Part shown: piece by piece, positions 22,080-33,256 of the stretch
Layout: the number at the start of each line of letters is the position of its first letter
Numbering within the stretch: position 1 is the first letter of the stretch
Origin: a virus
Virus record (IMG/VR): IMGVR_UViG_3300037316_000027
Span: 62,821-126,820 of that record
Length of the DNA stretch: 64,000 nucleotides
Direction: 5' to 3' (one strand)
The notes under the pieces: generated by a model
Seen by the model: the letters and a program-made list of their open reading frames with translations, nothing else
What the model was told of the DNA's origin: nothing
Database searches by the model: none
Translations under genes and position numbers: made by a program

Positions 22080-23200
22080 TTTGCCTAGTTGAAAACCGGA
22101 ACTGTGTCAAGGGAAGTTTTTCTTAAACCCGAATTTTTAATTTTTCTGAATTCCGACTTGAAAACCGGAAGGTGTGTGCGCACAAGGGCACATAGCACTT
22201 TCGGCCGATCGCCGATTTTGGGGTCCTACCCCGTATGTCTGCGCCGCCACGGTAGCACCAACCTTGCCAGCCCCTCAAGCACGCGCAGGTTGTAATTCAT
22301 CATGTGGTTTATAATTAAGGTTAATGGTTCGATCTGCTAACGTGGTTACTAGTTAAGGTTAATAGGCTCCCTACCCTAGGGCTGGCGTTAACGTTAATAG
22401 TTAAGGTTAATGCACGATAGTCTAGCGTAGCGCATGCTGGCGTTAACCTTAATAGTTAAGGTTAACGCCAAGTGGTATAGTAGTAGGGTTGACAGCCCCC
22501 TACAGGGGTGGTTAACCTTAATTAGTAACCCTACCTACAGCCGGGGGCTTGTGTAACGCCCTGATACAGGGTATAAGTGCTTGATATTGCTAGCCAAAGG
22601 GCGTTGGTAGGGTTAATAGTTAAGATTTACCTAGCTCCGTGTACGTTAAGGTTAATGAGTAAGGTTAACGCGCCCCTGATTAGGGTTAATCTTAACTATG
22701 TTGACAGCCGGCGCTTGACATGCATGCGCTACGGTAGCAGATGGCGGATGCCAACTAAGCGGCGGAGCAACCATAGACCCGACAATCAATCGCTCATCAT
22801 GTTCAGATGGTGTACCGAGCGGCTGAGCGATAATCAAATCAAGCACTTAAGAGCCGATTATACAGGAAACTTGTGATGTTTTGCATGGTGGCCTTTCTGA
22901 GTATAGCCGATATACTGACACTTCCGATAGTGTATATCCTGTATTCTGTAGCATGAACTTAGAGAAGACAGTAAGGACCATGTGTAACCGTGAATAAGCG
23001 ATTGATTTGTCAACTATAAAAGCCTCTCACTCTTCATTGAGTTAATCACAGGCTTCACTGAGTACCTGAGTAGAAGATTGTCCAACAGTTTCAAGGATCG
23101 GCACCCGGCCAGCCCGCTCAAAGCGGCAAAACTTGACAGTGTCAGAAACCCGTGATAATGACCCCAAACGACCCCTCAAAAACGACCCCTAAAAAGGCAT
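22080..23200. repeat. AT-rich non-coding strand-switch region with TTAA-NN-TTAA repeats and a 15-bp perfect inverted repeat (possible origin, terminus or control region)
   Basis: tggcgttaaccttaa-tag-ttaaggttaacgcca at 22438-22470 with a near copy at 22381-22412; many GTTAAGGTTAA/TTAACCTTAA; direct repeats ttgaaaaccggaa (22089, 22158) and aaacgacccct (23166, 23180). Confidence 0.7.
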
Positions 23201-23204
23201 CAAA

Positions 23205-23717
23205 ATGACGACAATTCGCCGACCACTCGCACGCTCCTATCCCGAGATCGCCGCCGCTCAAGGGCTGACAAACGCCGGCCACGTGAACCGCACAGGCTTG
23301 AGCCGAGCCGAGCGAGCGGTGCTCGATGTTGGTCCACGGTCAAGGCGAGAGGCTACGGTAGAAGAGCAAATAGTCCGAAACGAGAAATACGTGATCAGCC
23401 TTCTACGCCCGACAGCGGAGATTAACAACAGGGAGATCGAGCGGGACCGCGTCAAGCTTGCGGTGGTCCACAACACGGCCGACCAATTGGAGTTGACTGG
23501 TGCGGATCGGGACTACTTCGTTGCCAGTTACGGGACCGACAGCGGCACGATACGGGCTGCGAAAGCGGGAGGCCATCTCTTGACAGCGGTCAACTTGAAA
23601 GCCTCTGTAGGCGTTCCTGAGACGCCTTACGAGATGATGGAGCGCCTTGGCCTGACCGAACAGGAGCGCGAACGTCTCGGCGAATTCACCGTCACCATCA
23701 CATGGGCGAGAGCTTGA
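23205..23717 (+). CDS. Hypothetical protein, first gene right of the non-coding region
   Basis: 170-aa ORF after a TTGACA...GATAAT promoter-like sequence (23133-23159). Confidence 0.7.
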   Translation: MTTIRRPLARSYPEIAAAQGLTNAGHVNRTGLSRAERAVLDVGPRSRREATVEEQIVRNEKYVISLLRPTAEINNREIERDRVKLAVVHNTADQLELTGADRDYFVASYGTDSGTIRAAKAGGHLLTAVNLKASVGVPETPYEMMERLGLTEQERERLGEFTVTITWARA

Positions 23718-23855
23718 CAATGGCTTCATCATCTGCGATTGAGAAAAACAAGGTGCTACCACGTCGCTTGCGACGTGCAGTGGCTAAGCTGCAAATTGAG
23801 GTTTACTCCAAGATTGCAGTGGGGGCCAGACCGACCGAACAAGAGCGAGCAAACC

Positions 23856-24779
23856 ATGTTAGGCACGATGATGGCCCGGGCGGCCGGCTGGGGCAAAGGT
23901 AATCCCGTGAACCGAGACGATCCGCGCCAACGCAAGATCGAGTGCAAGGAAAGCGGAACGCCTTTTCGTGATGAACCCGACTTGCGATCAGTCGCGGTGC
24001 TCTACGTGACAAGAGAAGAGGCATCGGCGATTGCCGATCTGGTGCGCGAGTTGCAAGCTGCCCGGGCCAGCGGTGCCGATCAGTTCGTGGTGCGCAAGCC
24101 ATACACGTGTGCTAACGGTCACAGGTTGAACGATCCGGGCCAGCGATGCGTCAAGTGTGCGGCGGCGGTGAAGTTGTTTCCGCCTACGACCGGCGTCACG
24201 GGAGCGATCGGGGTGACCAGCGGCTATCCTAATGGCGTTGGCGCGACCGGATATACTGGCAGCGGTTATAGAGAGCCAACCGGGTATACTGGCGACAGAG
24301 AGCTGTCCGGGCTCATAGAGGGTGCGCGGTTTCAGCCCGGCCGAATGCCATCGGGTTGGACGATCGACTTCGATGCAGGTAATGAGCGGTATCTTCTATG
24401 CGACGAGACGCGTGCGGTCCGCGCTGAGGTAGACCGCGTGTTAGGTACGGCGGACGACTGGATGATAGTTCGCCTCGTTGATAAACAGCCCCCAAAGCCG
24501 ATTGGCGCTACTGGCGGTGGCATCGGCTTTCTCATTGAACCGAGCGCGCGGTTTCAGCCCGACCAACTGCCATCGGGTTGGGCGATCGACTTCGATGCAG
24601 GTAATGAGCGGTATCTTCTATGCGACGAGACGCGTTCGGTTCGTGCTCAAGTAGCGCGCTTGATAGCAGGCCAATGGATGGTAGTGCGCGCCGTCGAGAC
24701 AGCAAAACCTACAGAACCCACAACGGCAAAACTAAGCGGCGACGCGGCGAGATTTGCGGGGATCGACTTCAATGACTAA
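23856..24779 (+). CDS. Hypothetical protein with Zn finger, G-x-T-G repeats and an internally duplicated domain
   Basis: ARFQP..PSGW.IDFDAGNERYLLCDETR.VRA.V occurs twice; start uncertain (23856-23872). Confidence 0.7.
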   Translation: MLGTMMARAAGWGKGNPVNRDDPRQRKIECKESGTPFRDEPDLRSVAVLYVTREEASAIADLVRELQAARASGADQFVVRKPYTCANGHRLNDPGQRCVKCAAAVKLFPPTTGVTGAIGVTSGYPNGVGATGYTGSGYREPTGYTGDRELSGLIEGARFQPGRMPSGWTIDFDAGNERYLLCDETRAVRAEVDRVLGTADDWMIVRLVDKQPPKPIGATGGGIGFLIEPSARFQPDQLPSGWAIDFDAGNERYLLCDETRSVRAQVARLIAGQWMVVRAVETAKPTEPTTAKLSGDAARFAGIDFND

Positions 24780-26560
24780 GAAACTTTCGCCTATGGAGTT
24801 GGGCACACGCTTGCATCAAGAGATCGAAAGCCTGCGCCAAGAGATCGAAAAGGTGAGTGGCAATCCGCGTCCGCAACGCGCGCTGATTTTCGGCGACATG
24901 CATGCAGGAATGTACGAGAGCGTTGCCGAGCACGCGACAGCGATGCGCAAAACGTCCGCTCAACTTCGCGTCTACGCTAGCGCAGTCGCGATGGACGAGG
25001 CGATCTACGGCAGAGCCGACGTGCTGGTGATACACGGGGGCGATCTGTTACAACTCGCCGTTAAGGATGTTGACTTTTCGAAGATCGAGCGGCGCGTTCT
25101 CGACCACATGGTTGTTGACATGGCCAAGAAGATCGAGCTAGACACCGAGGACGTTGCAATGATCGGCTATGCCGAAGAATGGATGTATCATGGCTAAGTG
25201 CATTCGTGTTGTCGGTCAAGGCGTTCCCGTCCGCATGTCGGACGAGGACGCTTTTCAAGTCGTGGTGCGCGACCACGACGGCGAGTATTGCCCGAAGCAA
25301 TACTACAAGAGTTGGCATGAGCCGGCGGTAGAGGGCAAGGAGCCGACGACGAAGATCGTCAAGCTTCAGCAAGGCAAGCTCGTCGAGACTGGCACGCTGG
25401 CGCGCAATCTCCAACACAAACGGGAGAAGAAGCGCCATGCCGTTTAAGCATAAAGCCTACACCCCGCCACTTGGTCTGCTCTGCAAGCTGGGCAGTATCA
25501 TCGTGCATGCCGAAGAGATGATGCAGCCCGATGGGCACGACTTCGATCGTGTCGCGATGGAGACGTTGCTTGCCGATCGCGATGTTCGGAAATGGATCGA
25601 CGACATGGGCTCGTTGTTGCCTCTCAAGCGGAGTGCGCGGCGATGATGCAGATCAACGTTAGAAACCCACTTCGTTTGGGTGCAGTCGTTGGCGGTGCCA
25701 TCGCCTATTACTATTTCGCAGGCGGGCTCACGTGCTTTGCGTTTCTGTTTGGTGCAGTCGTCGGCAGTCTATCAGTTGAGCTGAAGCCTAAGCAGCAACA
25801 GCCGACGCGCAAGGCCAACCCGGAGGACATCCCGATATGACCTACCACACAAAGTTGTTCTGGTTGTCATGGTGGGCTATTATGATCGGGCTTGTCGGCT
25901 TCGTGACGATTGTCCTGCCACCGCTGCTCAAGCTGGAGATGCGATACCTCGATTGGATCAACGGCGTGTTGGGGTGCCGATGAACAAGACCAAGGAAGCC
26001 CAACGCTCCGATCTGATCGATCAGTTATGCGCGCTTCAACGCGAGTATCATACGCGCGCCGAACCAATCATCATGGAGCTTGCCCGCTTGACGACGCCAG
26101 CCCCGATTGTTATGCCTGACGGCAGCACGATGAAGTACATCGGTCCGGGGAGCGAAGATGACAGGGATTAAGAGCCTGCCGGCGATGCGTGTTGATATCG
26201 CGCAACTGCGGCAGCAGCAATGGCGAGCCGACAAGCTCTACAACGAATTTCGGCGCTTCGCTGTTAGTATCGGCTGCAAGGTCGGTGAAGGCACGTGCTC
26301 AGACGAAATCATGGCGACCAACGCGCAAGCGCGAGAGCTGGCCAGATGGTGGCAGGAGAAAACGACATGACATACGATGAGGCGATGGAGCGTGCAAAAG
26401 CAAACCCCGGCCTAGGCGTCCGCGAGAAACGGATGCAGGCGAAGTGGAAGATAGTCTGGATGAACCTCAAAGCTGGAGACGGTGACTTCTTCTGTATCAA
26501 CCCGATCACCGGCAGTGACTATCTATATCATCCGAGCGATGCCGACAGGGTTTCCACGAA

Positions 26561-26956
26561 ATGGGGGATCGCTTGAAGCGCACGCGGGAGATGGTTCGAA
26601 GTCAGGGGCACAATGACTGCGGTGTGTGCGCCGTAGCCAATCGCTGCGGTATCACGTGGGCAGCGGCCCGCGTTCGTATCTTCGGCACCAAGCGCAAGCG
26701 CGCGTTCAATACCACGACATGGATGCTCAAGGATGCGATGTTCGTCAACGGTTGGCGTCTGATCCGAGCGCGCGACTGGTACGACATTCCCAACAACTCA
26801 GTTGTGAAGGTGATACCCTCCGGATGCCGGGGCACGCGCAACTGGCACTGGGTGGTCTGGCGCGGCGGCATGGTGTGGGATAGTGAATTCACCGTCCCGA
26901 TATCGCCCGTCTACTACACGCACGGCCCTGTCTCTTACATAGGATACCCGAAATGA
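26561..26956 (+). CDS. Peptidase C39-like papain-fold protein
   Basis: Q..NDCGVCAVA...HWVVW...WDS (Gln/Cys/His/Asp arrangement); start uncertain. Confidence 0.6.
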   Translation: MGDRLKRTREMVRSQGHNDCGVCAVANRCGITWAAARVRIFGTKRKRAFNTTTWMLKDAMFVNGWRLIRARDWYDIPNNSVVKVIPSGCRGTRNWHWVVWRGGMVWDSEFTVPISPVYYTHGPVSYIGYPK

Positions 26957-28413
26957 CTTTCATTGCAGAAGGTGGCGCGCGCACGGTGACCAACTGATGC
27001 CGACCAACAAATTCATCCCCTGCAAGGACTGCCGATGGTTTTCGTCGTGGGGCGATGACGGCGTGACGTGCACCAACGTTCTGTATCGGAAGTTCGATCC
27101 GGTCGATGGTTGGCAGCCGCAACAGGCGAGGCATGTGCGCACAACCGAAGAGCTATGCGGCGAGGCCGGCAAGGGCTGGGAGCCGCGCCGCCCCGCGCCC
27201 CCGAGATGGATGGATCATGTCGGAATGGGTGTGCTTGTCGTGCTGATCCTAGCATGGTTGTGGGTTACGGTGTCGCGATGAGTGACTACATCACTCTGCT
27301 CGGAGCCGAAGATGTTCGCAGCGCGGGCCACACGATGACGCGTGCGGCCGAAACAATGAGCAACGCTGCCAGCACAATCGACGGCGCGATGGAGCGCCAG
27401 CGTCATTTCCTTGAAGACTGGCTGGCCCGGTTCGAGATCGCCGTCGAGAAGATGCCGCGCCCCGAAGTTCGCGCGGGCTCTACCGACGACGACTACCTGC
27501 CGTCAATGGCGAAAGGCTGACAATGGCCGACCACCCGATGAAAACATTCGTTACGCAAGACGGTCGCCACTTCCTGATCCCGGGCAATCCGGCGTGCGGC
27601 TATCAACGCGCCGAGGCCGCGACTAGGGAGGACGGCTATCAGTGCGACTGTCACCAGATGATGGGCAACGATTTTTATTTCCTGCCTGTCGGTCAGTGTA
27701 TCCGCAAGGATAAGACGTGCAATCGGGTGGACGCATGAAACTCCCGTGGCGATACCATGCGAGGATGATCGGCGAGATCGTGGTCGAGATCGACCAGCGC
27801 GGCTGCATGGCCGAGGACCATGTGATCAAGCGGGTAGGCGAGATCGTCGGTATCGATGATCAGCGCGTGTTCCTGAATAACCCCGGCGCGCAAAGCATCA
27901 TCGTCGCGCGTTGTCGCACGCTTTCTAGTCAAGAACTGATCGAACCCGAATTCTTTCTAGTGCCGATTGCAGACGGCGGTTTCCAGCCGTCCGAGAACGC
28001 GACCCTGTATTGGTGGAGGCACTGATGGGCGTTCAAGATGACTACAATGAAGCGTGGGAGGCTGGCGCGAAAGACGCGGCCGAACGTTGCGCGCTGCTGG
28101 CCGAAGGGCTGGCGGCTATCCACGAAGCGAGCGCGGCCCGCATACGTCGAGAGGGCACGTTCACCTATGGTTGGTTCGGTCGCAAGAAGCGTGTTGCTCC
28201 AGCGTGGGAGCGTGCGGCCAAGGATATGGAGGCAGCCGCTCACGGCCTGCGCACCATAGCGCGCGGCTGTCGTGCCGGCTGGGACCCGCGCAAGTGTGAG
28301 CCGGACCCGAACGAGAAGATCGAAGTAAACCCGGCCGCTGTTTGGAAACCGTGTTCGCGTTGCTCCATGCCAATGGATTGTGCTTCGTGGTGCTCATGCG
28401 AACGGGGCCTGTT

Positions 28414-28803
28414 GTGAAGTCCCTAGCACAGAAGCTTCTTGACGTGACGCCCGCGTTCGCCGACCGTCAAGTCGCGAACATGATCGCCAGCCGGGCAATC
28501 GAGTTTGGTGCTCCCTACCGCTTCGCTATCAATCACGACATCCGGCCGCCCGGCATGAAGGCCTGCCCGTTGTCTCATTACGATTGGGCGCTGAAAGACG
28601 CGGTCGGTATCGATACGCCGGTCACCCCGATCGCTTTTAGGTGGTTGACATCGGCATTGCTCCGGGGCTATACGATCTCCCGCGTAGACCACAATCACCG
28701 TGATCTGGTTCCCGGCTTTTCTTCTAGCATCGCCATCGTGCGACGCCGCGCCGAGAACCATCAGCGGCCGAAGGTAGACAATGACGATGATATCCCGTTC
28801 TGA
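28414..28803 (+). CDS. Hypothetical protein with SSB-like C-terminal tail DNDDDIPF
   Basis: Tail read from translation; GTG start at 28414 overlapping the upstream stop. Confidence 0.6.
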   Translation: MKSLAQKLLDVTPAFADRQVANMIASRAIEFGAPYRFAINHDIRPPGMKACPLSHYDWALKDAVGIDTPVTPIAFRWLTSALLRGYTISRVDHNHRDLVPGFSSSIAIVRRRAENHQRPKVDNDDDIPF

Positions 28804-28846
28804 CCTCAATGAGTGCCCGTTTAATTCAAACTCTGGAGAGAATATC

Positions 28847-29440
28847 ATGGTAGCCGATGACGAGCCCATAGCTGACGAGGCCGCACCGACGTTCGATCAC
28901 GTGATGATCGATATCGAGACTATGTCGCTGCATCCGCACAATGCGCTGATCCTGTCGATCGGCATGGTCGAGTTCGATCCATCTCCGATCGAGGGGCTAG
29001 TGATCGGCGAGCGCAAACTATTCTTGCCTGATCTCGAAGCTCAGCTAGGTCTCGGTCGCGAAGTCAGTGCCAGCACACAGAAATGGTGGATGGATCAGTC
29101 ACCTGAAGCACGTAAGCACTGGGCCGCTACAGGAAATACGCGTGAGCATCTGTCTAGCGTGCTGTATCGCATCCGGTCGTTTTGCGCCGACAAGAAATGC
29201 ATCTGGGCCAACGGCACCCAATTCGATCTTTCCAATCTTGTTGGCCTCAATGCTCAGGTCAGCGGCGAGCCGCTGTGGCATTATCAAGCGCCGAACGATA
29301 TGCGGACGTTTGTCAGGCGAACGCCCGCGACGCGGCTGGTGCCGATCGGCGATGCACTGGCTATTCCCGGCGTGCCTCACGACCCGATCTACGATAGCAC
29401 TTCGCAAGCGTGGCAAGTATGGAGCCATTGGGCATGCTGA
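28847..29440 (+). CDS. DEDDh 3'-5' exo(ribo)nuclease (DUF5051/Rv2179c-like)
   Basis: HVMIDIETM, ILSIG, WANGTQFD, DMRT, HDPIYD motifs; GGAG SD. Confidence 0.85.
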   Translation: MVADDEPIADEAAPTFDHVMIDIETMSLHPHNALILSIGMVEFDPSPIEGLVIGERKLFLPDLEAQLGLGREVSASTQKWWMDQSPEARKHWAATGNTREHLSSVLYRIRSFCADKKCIWANGTQFDLSNLVGLNAQVSGEPLWHYQAPNDMRTFVRRTPATRLVPIGDALAIPGVPHDPIYDSTSQAWQVWSHWAC

Positions 29441-30248
29441 CAACACAAGAACAACAGCGACGCGCTAAGACCATCAAGCGCATGGTGACGTTTTGGTACT
29501 GGGTCATTGCGACCATTGTCGCTGCCGGCTTTGCCGCCGCCATCATGGGCGTGTACTCAGGCGAGTGGCGATGGTTGCTGATCTCAGTGCCCGGTTATCT
29601 CCTTCTTCGCGCTGCGATGAAGCACCCATGACCCCGCGTCTGCGCAAGAAGCTGACAGCGACGGAACGTGCGCAGTTCTTCCGGCTGTCGGCTGCTTGCG
29701 CCGATCGCGATCAACTGAAGCGGTTGACAGCGCGGCTGAAGCTGAATAGGTTCGTGATCCTGCACAGCAAGGAAGCCTGTCAAGCGGCATGGGATGCGAG
29801 AAAGAAAAAGCGATGAGTGTCTCCCCTAGAATGTTGGATTGGGCGCTTAATGGCGTGCCGGTCTACATCCGAAAGCGTCCGATCGACGGCGCGGTCTACG
29901 CTACGACGTTTGACTTCTCTAAGTTCATTCGTGAAGCGGCGCTCGAAACGATGCGCGTGCACGTGCCGAAAAACGCGCTGAGAAACTGGGATGCTGCACA
30001 GGACCCGCGCGTAAAGAAAAAGATAGCGGAGTGGGAGCGCGCCAGCGCATGACCGATAAATTCACGATGCAATACGTTGAAGAGGAACGCGACCGTTGCG
30101 CGAAGCTCGTCGAGATGCTAATAGGCGAGCCGGACTTCCTGATGCATTGCATCGCGTACTGGATCAGGCCTGACGAAGTCGAGACGCGACGTGCTCGCTT
30201 CGAAGAGATGGACAACGTCATCGCCGTAGACAACTTTGAGGATTTGAT

Positions 30249-30434
30249 GTGAGTAACCGAGCGCTCGATAGCGCCGAAGTCAAGGGCGCGAAAGCGGCTG
30301 AAGAGGGCAAGCCCTTGACGGCCAACCCTTACGGTGATACTCGCACCTATAGAGGCTCTGTGACGTTCGCGCGCGCCTTCTGGCGCGCATGGCGTCGCGG
30401 GCATACCGAGTACGTCTTGAAAAGGAAAGTGTGA
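30249..30434 (+). CDS. Rmf/CrpP-fold-like small protein
   Basis: KGAKAAEEGKPLTANPY...AWRRGH. Confidence 0.55.
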   Translation: MSNRALDSAEVKGAKAAEEGKPLTANPYGDTRTYRGSVTFARAFWRAWRRGHTEYVLKRKV

Positions 30435-31634
30435 TGCGTGGACGCGGCGGAGTGATAGCACCTAGCAGCGTGCGCCGACAGGCGGCGTGGGATGAGCCCA
30501 TCTCGGACAAGATGAACAAGCACGTCCGGTTCCAGTGGGTGAAGCGGGGCGGCGTCGGCCGACAGTCCGGTTCCGGTCCGAGCGGCTGTAAGGCGACGCC
30601 CAGAGCCCTCCTGAGCCGTGCGCTACGCGAACGTGCTGGAGTGGCTGAGTTCGTAACCAAGCGACAGGCGGCTGTTGTAGTCCGCAAGGCAAGCCCTCCC
30701 AAGGTGATCTATGGCCCCTCGGTTTAACCTGAAAGTCCAAGTCAAGCGACTGGGCGACAGCCTCTTGCCGCCGGCCGAGCCAGCGCGCAAGGCACCGCAC
30801 GGCATGGTGCTTTCGCCCAACGGGCTGAATGCGTCACCAATCCGCCGTAAGCGCAGGACACGGTCAACGTTCTGTTCTGACTTCGCGTGCGAGAGTGAAG
30901 AATTCAACGGCCCGAAATGCAAACGTCAATGTCGGAGCTGCAAGCCCAAGAAGCAGGCAACGCATCCGAGTGTCCAATGGGAGGACTACCGCGTAGACAT
31001 CGGCTCCGATGGAAAGTACGGCATCTATACGCGAAATTATAACTGCCGACTGGCCACATTCAACGTGGGCACGCTGGCGCTACAGACCCGACTTAGACTT
31101 CTGTTCGACAAGGCCCATCAACGGCGTCACGATATCGGTGGGATGACTAATGATATCGAGGGCGCACTCTTGCGTGCCGGGGAAACGCGGCGCAAATGAG
31201 GATCAACAGTGTGCATCGGGCGATCCTTGACAATCAGCGGGCCATCATGCTCGCCCTGTTGCAGAACGCGACGGCCGTCTCGACCCGCTCGCTACGGGAC
31301 AGGCTAGAAATTACGTCGGCTCTGACAGCCGTGCCCAAGGTGAAGCCGAAACGCAGAGCGCCGCGCGTGATCGACGTAATCGGAGGCGGGGCGTTCATGA
31401 GCGACGTGGGCGATCAGGGCTATCCCAAGGTGAAGCGATGATCCATCGTCTCGTCATGCATGAGGACTTCTCGACGCACACTCGCTGCGGCATTCGGCTC
31501 AGCGACAATGATACGCGGCTGACGTATGCTGGCGTAGAGATCGACACGACGCACTTCGACGCCCGGATCACGTGCCCCGATTGTCGCGACCATTTCGTGC
31601 GCGTTACGAAGCCCAAACTCAGCATGGTGCGGTG

Positions 31635-31892
31635 ATGTTTGGCCAGCTTACCATCGAGGAAGAGACGCGGCTCGGCACACAGATGGCCGCTGTTTACAAG
31701 ATCATGCGCGACGGTCAGTGGCACACCCCGCCGGAGATCATGGCGCGCGTTGTTGGCGGGACCGCTGCGATCACGGCACGCATCCGTGATCTTCGAAAGG
31801 AAAAGTTTGGCGGGTTCACGATCGAGCGTGACTACATCGAACGCGGGCTGTATCGCTATCGCATGATCGATCCCGTAGAGGATTTGATGTGA
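31635..31892 (+). CDS. Winged-helix DNA-binding protein ending in EDLM
   Basis: MRDGQWHTPPEI...AITARIRDLRK..GGFTIER..YRYRM. Confidence 0.7.
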   Translation: MFGQLTIEEETRLGTQMAAVYKIMRDGQWHTPPEIMARVVGGTAAITARIRDLRKEKFGGFTIERDYIERGLYRYRMIDPVEDLM

Positions 31893-32489
31893 TGATGAAA
31901 GTAAGCAAGAAGCAGCGCAAGGCACTGCGGTCTGTGTGGCGTCTCGGCAAGCCGCGCAAGCAGATGGAGCACTCACGCCGGATCAACAACGCGATGGAGC
32001 GAGCCCAATGGCGACGGAACAGAACTTCCTGATCACAGTGCAGCGCATGTGCACGTCCGACGAATGCGATCTAGTCAGCAGTTGGTCGGCCGTCGTCGCC
32101 GAGAAAGATATCGGAAATTTCGGTGCGCTCGAAGACGTGATCAAGTTGACCGGCATATCGCTTGAAGGTGCGCCGGTCACGAACATCCGACCGATGACGG
32201 AAGCCGAGATCAAGGCGTGGAGAGATGCGGATGCTTAAGCGCATCGCGTGCATAGGTCGCGAGGCGCGCTACACGCGCGCCATCATCGATCTTGACTTTC
32301 CCACAGAGAAGGCCCAACGTGCGATCATCATCATTGAGCGCGATAAAGACGTGGGACTTCTGGGCGGTTATCAGCCGGACGAGCTTTGCTATATTCCGAT
32401 GGCCCCAACGAAATACCAGCTCGACTTTCTCGCGTCTCGACACTTCAGCAGCATCACGATCGAAGCGGCCCGAGAATGGCTCAAGCAGC

Positions 32490-32873
32490 ATGCCTGAGTA
32501 CAGCATGCCTGAGTATCGCATCTGGCTAGATGTTGACGCCGGTATCTACGCTACAGTCTCGCTCGAAGATCATGCGTGGGCTCTCCAATGGAAATGGCAG
32601 ATCACGTGGGATCGGCACAAGCGCAAGGCCTATGCGACGCGTTCGACGCGCACGAAAGAGAGCGGCGGCCGGCGGCACAAGCTCTACCTTCACAAGGAAA
32701 TCTTGAAACGCTCCGGCAAGCCCCCGCCGTGCGATCGGCACACGATGGGCGATCACGGTGACGGCAACAGCCTGCACTGCGAGCGGGATAATCTTGACTG
32801 GGCCACTCCAGCGCAGAACCGCAAAACGGCCCGGCCGCCCGCGCCGAAGCCCGTTAGTGATATTCCGTTTTAG
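32490..32873 (+). CDS. HNH endonuclease-like protein
   Basis: YLHKEI...DHGDGNSLHCERDNL..ATPAQN. Confidence 0.75.
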   Translation: MPEYSMPEYRIWLDVDAGIYATVSLEDHAWALQWKWQITWDRHKRKAYATRSTRTKESGGRRHKLYLHKEILKRSGKPPPCDRHTMGDHGDGNSLHCERDNLDWATPAQNRKTARPPAPKPVSDIPF

Positions 32874-32922
32874 TGCTTGACTTCGCAAAGCCGTCGCCCC
32901 ACGTTGCGCCGATCGAAACCAA

Positions 32923-33255
32923 TTGGAGATGGCTATGAGAGGGATTTTGGCTGGGCTCGCAGCGCTGGTTTGCGTGTGCGCGCTCATCTTCGGGTTGAAC
33001 CTGTTCGGGTTCGCCCAGTTTCAGTTCTTCGCGCCGAAGATGGAAAGTGTCCGTCGCGACGTGATGATCCAGTCTCGCGCTTACGGCGAGGCGAATACTC
33101 GCGAGCTTTACCGGCTGAGGCTGCAATACGCGCAGGCTCAGTCCGATGAAGAGCGGGCAACCATCAAGGCATTTGCACTTCATGAGGGAGACGCGATGGA
33201 TAAGACGCGCCTGCCGCAGGATTTGCAGGCGTTCTTGATCTTCCTCGGAGGCTAA
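32923..33255 (+). CDS. Membrane-anchored protein
   Basis: N-terminal TM helix; start may be ATG 32929 or 32935. Confidence 0.7.
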   Translation: MEMAMRGILAGLAALVCVCALIFGLNLFGFAQFQFFAPKMESVRRDVMIQSRAYGEANTRELYRLRLQYAQAQSDEERATIKAFALHEGDAMDKTRLPQDLQAFLIFLGG

Positions 33256-33256
33256 C

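Larger units (their letters stand above)
24772..32500 (+). other. Plus-strand block of small hypothetical ORFs
   Basis: Consecutive coupled ORFs. Confidence 0.7.

Noticed and set aside
22577-22876. ORFs within the AT-rich region
   Set aside because: Atypical composition, no SD, overlap the repeat units
23205-23717. Terminase small subunit
   Set aside because: Position and C-terminal beta-strand are suggestive, but there is no recognisable motif and no large subunit adjacent
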